This document shows, piece after piece, positions 20,566 to 30,100 of a DNA stretch of 64,000 bases. The position numbers and the translations under genes are program-made. The DNA comes from Terriglobia bacterium. GTDB lineage: Bacteria; Acidobacteriota; Vicinamibacteria; Vicinamibacterales; CAVVIG01. Under the pieces are notes generated by a model. The model had not been told where the DNA came from. It searched no databases and was given only the letters and a program-made list of their open reading frames with translations. The DNA lies in NCBI GenBank assembly GCA_020073005.1, contig JAIQFX010000044.1, positions 20,878-84,877 on the forward strand, written 5' to 3'. Within the stretch, counting starts at the first letter, position 1, and each line of letters opens with the position of its first letter.

Positions 20566-22008
20566 GTGACATCGCCGGCACATTTCGAAGTGTCCTGGCG
20601 CGTCGTCGCTGCACTCGTGCTGGCTTCGTGGGGAGCGCTCACCTTCGGAGCGGTGTACCCCTGGGCATTCCTACCGCTGTTTGCGGGATGTGCAGTCGTC
20701 GGTACCGCGACGATGCTGCAGCGCACGGGCGGCGGAAGGACGGAAATACTTCTCGCGGCTTCGTTGGCTGTTGTCGTCGTGGCCATCGGCGTGCAACTCA
20801 TTCCCCTACCTGTCGAGAGCGTGCGCTGGCTCAGTCCGGAAACCGACGTGTTCCTGCGGCGCTACGAAATCAGCTATCCCGGATCGCTGCAGTATCATCC
20901 GCTCTCGATCAAACCGCACGTGACAGTTCTCGCCCTGATGGCGACTGCGGCTCTGGGCGTGTTGCTGGTCGGACTGGCGCGCACGCTCACGCGCGACGAT
21001 ATCCTGCAGATTCCCCGTGGCGTGAGCATCCTTGGTGTCGTGCTCGCGGTTGTGGGCGTGGCGCAGAAGGCCATGTGGAACGGCAAGATCTACGGCTTCT
21101 GGACGCCGATCGACGTGGGCGATTCGTTCGGTCCGTTCGTCAACCGCAACCACTTCGCGGGCTGGATGCTGATGGCGCTGCCACTCGTGGTCGGTTACTT
21201 CGCCGCGCGCGTGGCTCGCGGGATGCGACAGGTCAAGCCAGGCTGGAGAAACCGCCTGGTCTGGTTCTCGTCCGCTGATGCGAGCGAGACGATACTGGTG
21301 GGCTTCGCCGTGCTCCTGATGGCGCTCGCCCTGACGCTGACCACGTCGAGATCCGGCATGCTGGGCCTGCTGGCGGCCTTGGTCATCTCGGGATGGTTCG
21401 TCGCGCGGCGGCAGGCCACAGGTTCTCGACGGGTGATCGCAGGGGGCTACCTGATGTTCGTGGCGCTCGTGGCCGCAGGCTGGACCGGCTTCGATCGGAT
21501 TGCCGCTCGCTTCGCCGAAGGCAACGCCGCTGATGCCGGTGGCCGTCTGGGAATCTGGGGCGATACGTGGCGTCTGGCCAGCCGGTTTCCGATCGCGGGC
21601 ACCGGCCTCAACACCTTCGGTGTGGCCACGCTCTTCTACCAGACGGGTGATCTGAAGGAACACTTCGCGGAGGCGCACAACGATTACCTTCAACTCCTGG
21701 CTGAAGGCGGAGCGCTCGTGTGCATCCCGGCGGCCCTCGCGATCCTCGCCTTCGCGTGGACTGTCCATCGTCGATTCCGCGAGGTGTCCGTCGAGAGCTC
21801 CGACTACTGGATCCGGGTCGGAGCCGTCACTGGTATTCTGGCGATCGCGCTGCAGGAGTTCAGCGACTTCAGCTTGCAGATGCCCGGCAACGCGGTGCTC
21901 TTCTGTGTGCTGCTCGCAGTCGCCGTTCGCCATTCGGGGCCGGGACGCCGGATCTCCGCACGGGCCTGGACGCCCGCACACAACTCTGCAAATTGTGAAG
22001 GTGCATGA
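20566..22008 (+). CDS. O-antigen ligase/polymerase family membrane protein
   Basis: Many TM helices, GPFVNRNHFAG, TTSRSG, GTGLNTF, EAHNDYLQ. Confidence 0.88.
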   Translation: MTSPAHFEVSWRVVAALVLASWGALTFGAVYPWAFLPLFAGCAVVGTATMLQRTGGGRTEILLAASLAVVVVAIGVQLIPLPVESVRWLSPETDVFLRRYEISYPGSLQYHPLSIKPHVTVLALMATAALGVLLVGLARTLTRDDILQIPRGVSILGVVLAVVGVAQKAMWNGKIYGFWTPIDVGDSFGPFVNRNHFAGWMLMALPLVVGYFAARVARGMRQVKPGWRNRLVWFSSADASETILVGFAVLLMALALTLTTSRSGMLGLLAALVISGWFVARRQATGSRRVIAGGYLMFVALVAAGWTGFDRIAARFAEGNAADAGGRLGIWGDTWRLASRFPIAGTGLNTFGVATLFYQTGDLKEHFAEAHNDYLQLLAEGGALVCIPAALAILAFAWTVHRRFREVSVESSDYWIRVGAVTGILAIALQEFSDFSLQMPGNAVLFCVLLAVAVRHSGPGRRISARAWTPAHNSANCEGA

Positions 22009-22321
22009 ATTGCAGCAGTGTCCCCGATGCCGGTCGCAGGAGATTCATTGCTCGCGCTCGAAAACCAGATGGGAGATGTGGCGGAAAGCGATCACCGGCA
22101 AGCGACCTTACCGCTGTCGAGCCTGCGGATGGCGCGGGTGGGGGGTCGATCCTGGCCCCAAGTTCGATGCCCTTCAAGTTGAACTCGCCACACGCGCGCT
22201 TGCCCCGGAACCCCCGAATCTCAAGGGCACCGCGCTCGCGCCGCAAGAGAGCACGTCTGTCGTCGACCTGAAGGAACTCGATTCCTTCGCGAGCAGCAGG
22301 CAGAAGCCGGACTCAGACTGA
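22001..22321 (+). CDS. Small Zn-ribbon protein (copy 1)
   Basis: CPRC..RPYRCRACGWRGW; start uncertain (GTG 21995 or 22001). Confidence 0.7.
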   Translation: MHELQQCPRCRSQEIHCSRSKTRWEMWRKAITGKRPYRCRACGWRGWGVDPGPKFDALQVELATRALAPEPPNLKGTALAPQESTSVVDLKELDSFASSRQKPDSD

Positions 22322-22398
22322 ACGCAGGCCTTCTCACGCTATATATAGATGTTGCCCATTCCCCGTGGTAGTCTAAAGACGACCATAAAGTGCTTTTA

Positions 22399-22677
22399 AT
22401 GACCGAATGTCCAAAATGCGGGTCCGCGGAGGTTCATCGTTCTCGGGCCCGAAATACGTGGGAGCAGTGGCGCAAGACAGTCACGAGCAGGCGGCCGTAT
22501 CGATGTCACGCCTGCAACTGGCGTGGCTGGGCCGCCGACAGTGGGCCGCGATTCCCTCAAAGTGAAGTTGACTACGCCAACCGCTCGTTGAGCCCACGAC
22601 ATCCCAATCTCGAGGACGCGGATCTCGACCGCCTGGATTATTCAGAACCCGCCGGCCGCAAAACGGAAGTGAGCTAG
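22399..22677 (+). CDS. Small Zn-ribbon protein (copy 2)
   Basis: CPKC..RPYRCHACNWRGW, paralogous to copy 1; TAAAGT 7 nt upstream of the ATG. Confidence 0.75.
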   Translation: MTECPKCGSAEVHRSRARNTWEQWRKTVTSRRPYRCHACNWRGWAADSGPRFPQSEVDYANRSLSPRHPNLEDADLDRLDYSEPAGRKTEVS

Positions 22678-22684
22678 CTGCTCG

Positions 22685-23416
22685 TTGCCCCTTCGCATCG
22701 CATTCGACCTCGACGGCGTCCTCGCGGACATGGACACCGAGCTCGTCCGCCACGCCGAGGCCCTCTTCGGCGAGCCGATGACGCGCAAACTCGAAGAGCG
22801 CACGGCCGATGCCGAAGATCCCGCCAAGCCCGGCGACGCGAAAACAGCCGTCGACGATGTGCCGGTCAGTACGCGCCTGCACATGACCGCGCGCCAGACG
22901 CGACGGCTGTGGCAACACGTCGGGTCGATCAACGGCTTCTGGGAAGGCTTGAAAGAAATCGAACCGGGTACCGTTGCACGGCTGGCCGCCGTCGCCGCCG
23001 ATCGCCGCTGGGAAGTCATCTTCCTCACCAAGCGGCCGGACACGGTCGGCGCCATCGCCCAGGTCCAGAGCCAGCGCTGGCTCGAGGCGAAAGGCTTCGC
23101 ACTGCCCAGCGTCTACGTCGTTCAGGGATCGCGAGGGCTCATCGCCGCCGCGCTGCACCTGGACATCGTCGTCGACGACCGCCCCGAGAATTGCCTCGAC
23201 GTCGTCGTCGACTCGAAAGCGCGCGCGATTCTCGTCTGGCGCGACGATGAGAAGAACCTGCCGGCCACGGCGCGTCGCCTGGGAATCGGCGCCGTGAAGA
23301 CCGTCGCCGAGTGCCTGGATATCCTGACGAAAGTCGACTCGCCGGAAGGCGATCAGCCTGGCATCATGGCGCGCGTGATGAAACTGCTCGGCCTAAACGA
23401 AACCGCCCGCGTCTAG
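22685..23416 (+). CDS. HAD-superfamily hydrolase, NT5C-like
   Basis: FDLDGVLAD motif I, LTKR motif II, VDDRPEN motif IV. Confidence 0.7.
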   Translation: MPLRIAFDLDGVLADMDTELVRHAEALFGEPMTRKLEERTADAEDPAKPGDAKTAVDDVPVSTRLHMTARQTRRLWQHVGSINGFWEGLKEIEPGTVARLAAVAADRRWEVIFLTKRPDTVGAIAQVQSQRWLEAKGFALPSVYVVQGSRGLIAAALHLDIVVDDRPENCLDVVVDSKARAILVWRDDEKNLPATARRLGIGAVKTVAECLDILTKVDSPEGDQPGIMARVMKLLGLNETARV

Positions 23417-23749
23417 CGCACTAAGCCCCGCCTCTCCCACCTCGAAGTCGTACACCCACGCTGAACTGAACGACAGACCGAACCGCGCGCCGAGCTCCGC
23501 GTGCGAGGGATGCCGGAGGTACGTCTGCACGCCGGCGACATCGTCGAACTCGATGACGGCGATGTAATCGGCGGCGTCGGGCGTGCCGTGCTCGTACCCG
23601 GCGCCGTGCGTGACGCGCTTGCCGACACGCACGCCGCGCACGGTCGGAATCTCGCGGACGGCCCGCTTGAACGCGTCCACGAACGCCGTCCGATCGGCGG
23701 GCGCGAGATCAGGTTTGCGCTTCATCAAAACGACATGCCAGAGCATCAC
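23393..23749 (-). CDS. Dabb family (stress-responsive A/B barrel) protein
   Basis: HVVLMK..IPTV..EFDD..YLRHPSH pattern. Confidence 0.75.
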   Translation of the reverse strand: MMLWHVVLMKRKPDLAPADRTAFVDAFKRAVREIPTVRGVRVGKRVTHGAGYEHGTPDAADYIAVIEFDDVAGVQTYLRHPSHAELGARFGLSFSSAWVYDFEVGEAGLSALDAGGFV

Positions 23750-24525
23750 TCACTCCGATACCAGCCGCGCCACCAGTAGTACGGAATCCCAATCAGCTCG
23801 TGGACGACGCCGTTGCTGAACTCCAGGCCGGCGCGCGACGGCTCCAGCCAGTCTGCCCAGGAGTCCTGAAAGTACGCATTGGGCGCGATTGCAGGGATCG
23901 CCTTGATTCCCTGTGCATGAAATACTCCCAGCGAGCGACGCATGTGCACGTCAGACGTGACGAGCACCACATGCTCGATGCCGCGCTCGCGCAGCATCTC
24001 CGCGATGATGACGGCTTCGTCGTGCGTGTCGCGCGAATCATTCTCGACGAGGATGCGCGACGGCGAGACGCCAAGGCCGACCAGGAGATCGCGCATCATC
24101 GTGCCGCTCGGCACCTTGGCGCGTTCCGTCGGAAGGTTGCCCCCCGAACTGACGATGACCGCATCCGGCAGCAGCCGCGCCACACGCGCGGCCTCGAGTG
24201 TCCGCGCGGCGCTGGATTCGTTGGACACGCCGAGCCGCTGATGCTCAAAGCCGGAGACCGTGATGCCGCCGCCGCCGAGCAGCACGATGGCCGTCCGCCC
24301 CGCCGGCACATCGGCCTTCGTGAACTCGTGATACCCGGCGGCGAGGACGCGCGTGACGCCGGCGGGAACGGCATACACGCTCGCGACGCCGAACCAGATC
24401 ACGACAGCCAGCAGACAACGACGCGGCCACAGCGATCGCGGACGGATTAGTCCGAGCACGGCGACGACCAGCATCGCCGTCAGGCATCCGTTGATTGTGA
24501 AGAGGAACGAAACGACTCGAGACAT
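23746..24525 (-). CDS. YdcF/ElyC (DUF218) family protein
   Basis: N-terminal TMs, IVLLGGG, SSGG, ENDSRDTHDEA, LVTSDVHMRR, HELIG. Confidence 0.85.
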   Translation of the reverse strand: MSRVVSFLFTINGCLTAMLVVAVLGLIRPRSLWPRRCLLAVVIWFGVASVYAVPAGVTRVLAAGYHEFTKADVPAGRTAIVLLGGGGITVSGFEHQRLGVSNESSAARTLEAARVARLLPDAVIVSSGGNLPTERAKVPSGTMMRDLLVGLGVSPSRILVENDSRDTHDEAVIIAEMLRERGIEHVVLVTSDVHMRRSLGVFHAQGIKAIPAIAPNAYFQDSWADWLEPSRAGLEFSNGVVHELIGIPYYWWRGWYRSE

Positions 24526-24537
24526 CGAGCGCGCGTC

Positions 24538-25107
24538 CTAACTGTGCTCGGGGGGCTCGTCGTCGCGCTTCTTGCGCGGCCAGCTCTGCGTGGGCCCGGT
24601 GTGTGGGCGGAACGGCTTGCGCCCGCTCGTGGAATTCTTACCCTGCCACGGTTTTCGCGGTCCTCCCGGGCCAGCGGGTTTGCCCTGGGCTCCGCCGAGA
24701 GGTTTGCCCTGCCAGGGTCTTCTTTGAGCCCGCGGCCCGGTCGGCTTCGTCTGCCACGGGCGATCGCCAGACGGCTTTGCTGGCTTTCCTGACCAGGCCC
24801 GTTTGTCGCCGCGCGGCGGCTTGCCGCTCCACGGTCGATCGCGTCGCGTTGGACCCGGCGGTTTCGGTGTCCACGGACGCGCCTCGCGCGGCGGACCGAG
24901 TTTCTCGCGATCGGCGCGCAGGTCCGGTTTGTCCGACCACGCACGCTCCGGCCGATTCTTTTTCTTGAACCGATCGCGCGGATCCTTGTGCGCGCCGCCC
25001 GGCCGCCAGTCGCGGCCGCGCTTCTCCATCGGCGGCTTCGGTCGCTGCTTCGCCGCGAGCTCGGCCTCCGGCGAGTCCCACACCTTGCCACGAGCGAACC
25101 ACTTCAT
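24538..25107 (-). CDS. Basic low-complexity protein with repeated PW-x-x-KP motifs
   Basis: WRPGGAHKDPR followed by about 7 R/K-P/A-W-x-x-K repeats; start uncertain (25107 or further upstream). Confidence 0.6.
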   Translation of the reverse strand: MKWFARGKVWDSPEAELAAKQRPKPPMEKRGRDWRPGGAHKDPRDRFKKKNRPERAWSDKPDLRADREKLGPPREARPWTPKPPGPTRRDRPWSGKPPRGDKRAWSGKPAKPSGDRPWQTKPTGPRAQRRPWQGKPLGGAQGKPAGPGGPRKPWQGKNSTSGRKPFRPHTGPTQSWPRKKRDDEPPEHS

Positions 25108-25153
25108 GACGACGTTCGTGCTCTTGCGCTGGAGCCGCGCCGATGTCGATGGA

Positions 25154-25179
25154 CATGTGCTGCACATGCAAAATATCCT
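25154..25179 (+). promoter_or_regulatory. vapBC operator palindrome and -10 element
   Basis: Perfect inverted repeat CATGTGC-T-GCACATG (25154-25168); TATCCT at 25174-25179, 6 nt before the antitoxin ATG. Confidence 0.6.
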
Positions 25180-25185
25180 GATTGC

Positions 25186-25416
25186 ATGTCACGCATGATT
25201 CAGCTGCGGGATGTTCCCGATGCGCTGCACCGGACGCTGAAGGCCCGCGCGGCGCTGGCCGGCATGTCGCTCTCGGACTATCTTCTGGCGGAGATTCGTC
25301 ACGTCGCCGAGCGGCCAACACTCAGCGAACTGCGCCAACGTCTACAGCGACGCGAGCGCATCACGCTGCCGCAGCCGGCCGCCCGCGCCGTTCGCGCCGA
25401 ACGGGACGCCCGGTGA
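25186..25416 (+). CDS. Ribbon-helix-helix antitoxin (FitA/VapB-like)
   Basis: MIQLRDVPDALHRTLKARAALAGMSLSDYL RHH signature; stop overlaps PIN gene start. Confidence 0.85.
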   Translation: MSRMIQLRDVPDALHRTLKARAALAGMSLSDYLLAEIRHVAERPTLSELRQRLQRRERITLPQPAARAVRAERDAR

Positions 25417-25730
25417 TCGTCCTCGATGGCTCTGCCGCCATCGAATGGCTGCTTCGGACGGACACCGGGCTGCGGGTCGAAGAACGCATCTTCGCGCGCG
25501 CCGTCACGGCATTGCGCGGGAAGGACGCGCTCGACGACCTCTCCGACCTCGCGCTCACCCGCTATCCCGATGATGTCCTGCTCGGGCGGATGTGGGAACT
25601 GCGCGACAACCTGACCGCATACGACGCAGCGTACGTCGCCCTGGCGGAAGCGCTCGACGCCCCGTTGGTGACGTGCGACGCCAAACTCGCGTCGGCCCCA
25701 GGTCATCGTGCCCGTATCGAGGCGGTGTAG
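25413..25730 (+). CDS. vapC: VapC/PIN toxin, apparently with an internal in-frame deletion (possible pseudogene)
   Basis: IVLDGSA, NLTAYDAAYVALAEAL, LVTCD present; only about 105 aa and the central Glu-bearing helix is absent. Confidence 0.75.
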   Translation: MIVLDGSAAIEWLLRTDTGLRVEERIFARAVTALRGKDALDDLSDLALTRYPDDVLLGRMWELRDNLTAYDAAYVALAEALDAPLVTCDAKLASAPGHRARIEAV

Positions 25731-25904
25731 CGCGGATGACGCGCCCCGCCGGGTCGCTTCACGATCATGGCAATTCGCTCCAACAGTGATGCGCAATCGC
25801 TAGGCAAAGATCGCCACAGTTCCCGACTCGGCCACGGATTTTCTGGAGATTTCGCGCGGCATACCGAATGCACGAGCCGCAGCGACGATCAGAACGGACC
25901 GTCA

Positions 25905-26492
25905 ATGGCCAATGCTAGAATCACGACCAGGATGGACGTTCGCGAACGGTTGTTCACTGCGGACGAGTATCATCGCCTCGCCGAGGTTGGCATCCTCCAC
26001 GAGGACGATCGGGTCGAGCTGCTCGACGGGGTCATCGTCGAGATGAGTCCCATAGGCGTCAGCCACGCCTCCTGTGTCGATCGACTGATGGCCCTCCTGC
26101 AGCGCCGCTACGGCGATCGCGCCATCATCCGCGTCCAGGGGCCGATTCGGCTGAACATGTACTCCGAGCCACAGCCGGACCTGTCGATCCTGAAGCCGCG
26201 CGCCGACTTTTACGGCGGCGCGCATCCCGGTCCGAGCGATGTCCTGGCGGTGATCGAAGTCGCCGATACATCGCTGCGGTTCGACCGCGACGTCAAGATG
26301 CCGCTGTACGCTCGCGCAGGAATCGCCGAATGCTGGCTGATCGATCTCGGAACCGACACGGTGGAGGTGTTCACCCAGCCGAGCTCCACCGGGTATCTGG
26401 CTTCGCACGTTGCCTCGCGGGGCGACCGTCTGCCCACGCACGCATTGGCGAGCATCGATCTCACGGTCACCGATGTTCTCGGCGACCGCTGA
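25905..26492 (+). CDS. Uma2 family endonuclease-fold protein
   Basis: FTADEYHRL, RVELLDG, SEPQPD, IEVADTS, K..LYARAGI.E.WLID; start 25905 or 25932. Confidence 0.88.
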   Translation: MANARITTRMDVRERLFTADEYHRLAEVGILHEDDRVELLDGVIVEMSPIGVSHASCVDRLMALLQRRYGDRAIIRVQGPIRLNMYSEPQPDLSILKPRADFYGGAHPGPSDVLAVIEVADTSLRFDRDVKMPLYARAGIAECWLIDLGTDTVEVFTQPSSTGYLASHVASRGDRLPTHALASIDLTVTDVLGDR

Positions 26493-26588
26493 CGTTCCCC
26501 ACGCCGAGTCGAATCCCGGAGCGCCGTCAGATTTGCGTTGATCCCGGCGTCACGTACTTGGACAATACGCCGAGAATCGAGGCCCCCC

Positions 26589-27104
26589 ATGCTGCGGCGT
26601 ATCTCCTCGCTCGCGCTCGTGTGTGCGTTGCTGGCGGCCGGCGTGCCGGTCTCAGCCGCAGTCAAGACCAGACAGGCCGAGGGCACCGGCCGGATCAGCG
26701 GCACGGCCAAGGACGCCAAAGGCGTCAACCTGGCGAATCACACCGCGAGACTGCGGAATATTTCGACCGGACAGATCGCCGGTGAAACGACGACCAACGC
26801 CAGCGGGCAGTGGTCGTTCGCCGGCCTGAATCCCGGTCAGTACGTCGTCGAGATCGTCAACCCGGCAGGCCTCGTCGTCGCGACGACCACGCCGATTTCG
26901 CTGACCGTCGGCGCCATGGTGGCGGCGGGCGTCAGCATCACGGCGTCCGCTGCCGCGGCCGGCACCGCCGGAGCAGTTGCCGCCGCCGCGGCGGCCGGCG
27001 GCGGATTCTTCGGCAGCACCGCCGGCGCCGTGCTGCTGGCCGCGGTCGGCGCGGGCATCGGCACCACGGTCGCCGTCGTGCAGACCGCCAGTCCCTCTCG
27101 ATAA
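26589..27104 (+). CDS. Secreted protein with carboxypeptidase-regulatory-like beta-sandwich and C-terminal Ala/Gly-rich hydrophobic segment
   Basis: Signal peptide, GRISGTAKD..TTNASGQWSFAGLNPGQYVV, C-terminal ..AVLLAAVGAGIGTTVAVVQTASPSR. Confidence 0.75.
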   Translation: MLRRISSLALVCALLAAGVPVSAAVKTRQAEGTGRISGTAKDAKGVNLANHTARLRNISTGQIAGETTTNASGQWSFAGLNPGQYVVEIVNPAGLVVATTTPISLTVGAMVAAGVSITASAAAAGTAGAVAAAAAAGGGFFGSTAGAVLLAAVGAGIGTTVAVVQTASPSR

Positions 27105-27135
27105 CTGCCGCCGCTCGCGAGCGAGCCCGCAGCCG

Positions 27136-30100
27136 TCACTTCGCGCCGCGTCGCGCCGCCGCGGTGTGACGCGCAATCAGCCCGAAGTTCTTCGGCGTCG
27201 CGTCCCGCTCGAGCGCCTGCAGGCGCGCCACGCCCGCGGCAGTCTGGCCCGACTGCATCTCGATCTCGCCCAAGGCGAGCCGCGCCTCGAACTGCGGCCA
27301 CACCATCAGCCCTTTGGTCGCGGTCGCGAGCGTTGCGTTCAGCGCTCTTATTCCATCAGCGCTCTTACCGGTGGCGGCCGCCGTTCGCGCGCCCGTAATG
27401 TCGAACACCAGTCGCGTGTCGCGCGGCAACGTGGCGAGAGCCGCCGCCGGCAGCGACTGCGCACGGGCCACCGCCTTTGCGGCCTCGACCGCCTTTCCTT
27501 CTGCGAGCAGAGCTCGCGCGACCGCGTCGAGCGCGAGCGCTTCACCGTCGGCGCGCTTTTGCGCGGCGAACTGATCGGCGATCGTGCGCGCCGCAGTCTC
27601 AGCGTCGGCAGGCCGGCCTTCCTCGATCGCAATCTGGGCGAGCGCGATCTGCGTCTGCGCCGCGCCGAATTTGTCGCCGAGCTGCTGCCAGCCCGCGAGC
27701 GCCGCCTCGTAGGTCTTCCGCGCCGCAGGCACATCTCCCTGGAGCATCAAGACCTGACCCAGGCGCGACTGCGCGCTGAGCGTGCGACCGCGGCTCGCGT
27801 TGGCCGCGAGCGCGTCGTCGAACGCCTTCTTCGCCTCGGCGAGCCGACCTTGCTGCTGCAGCCCGATACCGCTGTTGGTCAGCGCGCTCGCCACGCCCTC
27901 CTGATCCTTCAGGTCGCGATACACCGCCACGGCTTCGTCGAAGTTCTTCGCCGCCGCCGCGTAGTCGCCTTCCTGCAACAACGCGAACCCGAGATTGGTG
28001 AGCGCGCCGCCGATGCCGGTCTTCCTGCCGATCTCGCGCTGAATCTTCAAGGCGTCCGCAAACAGCGGCCGCGCGCCAGCGGCATCGCCGCTGTTGAGGA
28101 GCAGGCTCGCAAGGTTGTTCAGAATGTCCGCCTCGCCGCTCTTGTTGCCAACGTCGCGATAGCTGGCGAGCGCGTCCTCGTACATCTTTCTGGCGCCAGG
28201 CAGATCGCCCTGGTAGACGCTGACGTTGCCCATGTTCTGCTGCGTCTGCGCGATGCCGGTCCGGTTGCCGATCTGCCGGTACGTCGTGAGCGCCTGCGCG
28301 TGCATGTCACGCGCCTCGGCGAGCTGGCCCCGCTGCCACAGAATCGTGCCGATGTTGTTCATCGTCGCGGCGACGCCGGCGAGGTCGCCGATCGCGCGCC
28401 GGATCGTCAGCGCCTGCTGGAACATTTCACGCGCCTGATCGAGATAGCCCTGATCCTTCAGCAGCAGCCCTTGGTAGTTCACGGCGCGCGCGACGCCCCC
28501 GCGGTCGCTCGCCGTGACGAAGATCGACTTGGCGTCCTCGAGCGCGGCGGCGGCGTCCGGCAGCTGCCCCAGATTCCGCAGCGCCCACCCTTCCGCGAGC
28601 CTGGCGTTGCCCACGATCAACCGCGCGCCAGTTTTCGTCCCCTTGGCGGCCGCGTTCGCCGCGGCCGTCCGTTCGCGCTTGAAGTCGGAGAGGGCCGCCG
28701 CTGTATTCGCTTCAGCGAGGTCGATGCGCGGATCGTCGTTCGCCGGCGCCGGCAGCTTGCGAAGGGCGTCGAGCGTCCCCAGCGCTTCACGGCCCTTGCC
28801 TGCCGCCGTCTGCGAGCTGGCCAGCCGCAGCCCGTAGTCCAGACTGTCGGGAAAGAAGCCGAACAGCTTTTCGTACGTCGCGGCCGCCTGATCCCATTCC
28901 TGCGCCGCTTCGTGGTACCGCGCTTCGACGACGTAGCGATCCTCGCGGCTGGCGCTCGTGGACAGATCGAACGCCTTCTTCGCTTCAGCGCGGGAGTTCC
29001 CGTCGTAGCCCATCGCGGACCAGGCCGCCGCGAGCGCCGTGTGCGCAAGCGCATGCTTCGGATCCGCGATCACCGCGCGCTCGAGCAGACCCTTCGCGCC
29101 CAGCGCGTCGGCCACGCGCAGCTTGGCCACGCCTTCGGCGTACAGCCGGGCGGCTTCGGCGTTCGCCGGCAGCGCCGCCTGTACGCTCTGCGCGTCCGCG
29201 GCCGAGAGCGCGCCGAGCCCGAGCTTGGCGCGCAGCTGCTCACCGGCTCGCGTCGCCAGATCGATGAGGTCGGATTCACCGACGGTTTCGCCGACGGTCG
29301 CGATCGTCTCGCCTGATGTCGTGTCCTGCATGCGCAGATCGAGACGGACTCTTCCGCCGCTGGCGAGATACGACCCGAGCACGATCACGTCCGTTCCAAG
29401 ATTTGCGCGAATCCGGCCGAGCGTGTCCTTCGGATACGCGTCAGCCTCGCTCAGCCCCAGGTCCGTCTTCACGCGCGCCACGGTGTCGCTGCTGCTCGTC
29501 TGCAACTGTTCGCCGGCGCCGAGCTCCGTGGTGAGCATTTCGGAAAGCGCCGTCGAGATCCACGCGCTCTCCGGCTTCGCGGAGCTGTTCTTGAAACCGA
29601 TCACGGCGACGCCGCGCCGCGCCTTCACGGCCGCTGCCGCGGGACGTCCGGCGTTTCCAGCGGAACTCGCCTGCGATCGGACGAGCGACGGGACGTAGCG
29701 AACGCCGAGCGCCGTCACAACCAGGAGCGCAGCCGCGCCCGCGCCGATGACGAGCGCGCGCTGTTTTCGCCGCCGCCGCTCATCGAGCTCGCGCCGGCCG
29801 GCGGCGACTTCACCGCCCGCGAGCGCCTTGAGGACGTCGCCCGCGCTGGAAAAGCGATCCGCCGGATTGCGTTCGAGACACCGCAGGATGGTCGCTTCCC
29901 AGCGCTGGTCGAGATCCTTCACATGCGTCCGCGGAGGCGGCGGCGGCTCGCTCAGTCTCTTGACCGCGGTCGTCAACGGCGAGTCGCTCGTGAAGGGGCG
30001 CCGTCCCGTGACCATCTCGTACATGACGATGCCGAGCGCGTAGATGTCCGCGGCCTCGGTGATCGTGCCGCCGGTGACCTGCTCCGGCGCCATGTAGTCC

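Noticed and set aside
25856-25872. Sigma54-like GGCAT-N5-ATGC upstream of the Uma2 gene
   Set aside because: Weak -12 match, no enhancer-like sites, and a TAGAAT -10 closer to the gene explains expression.
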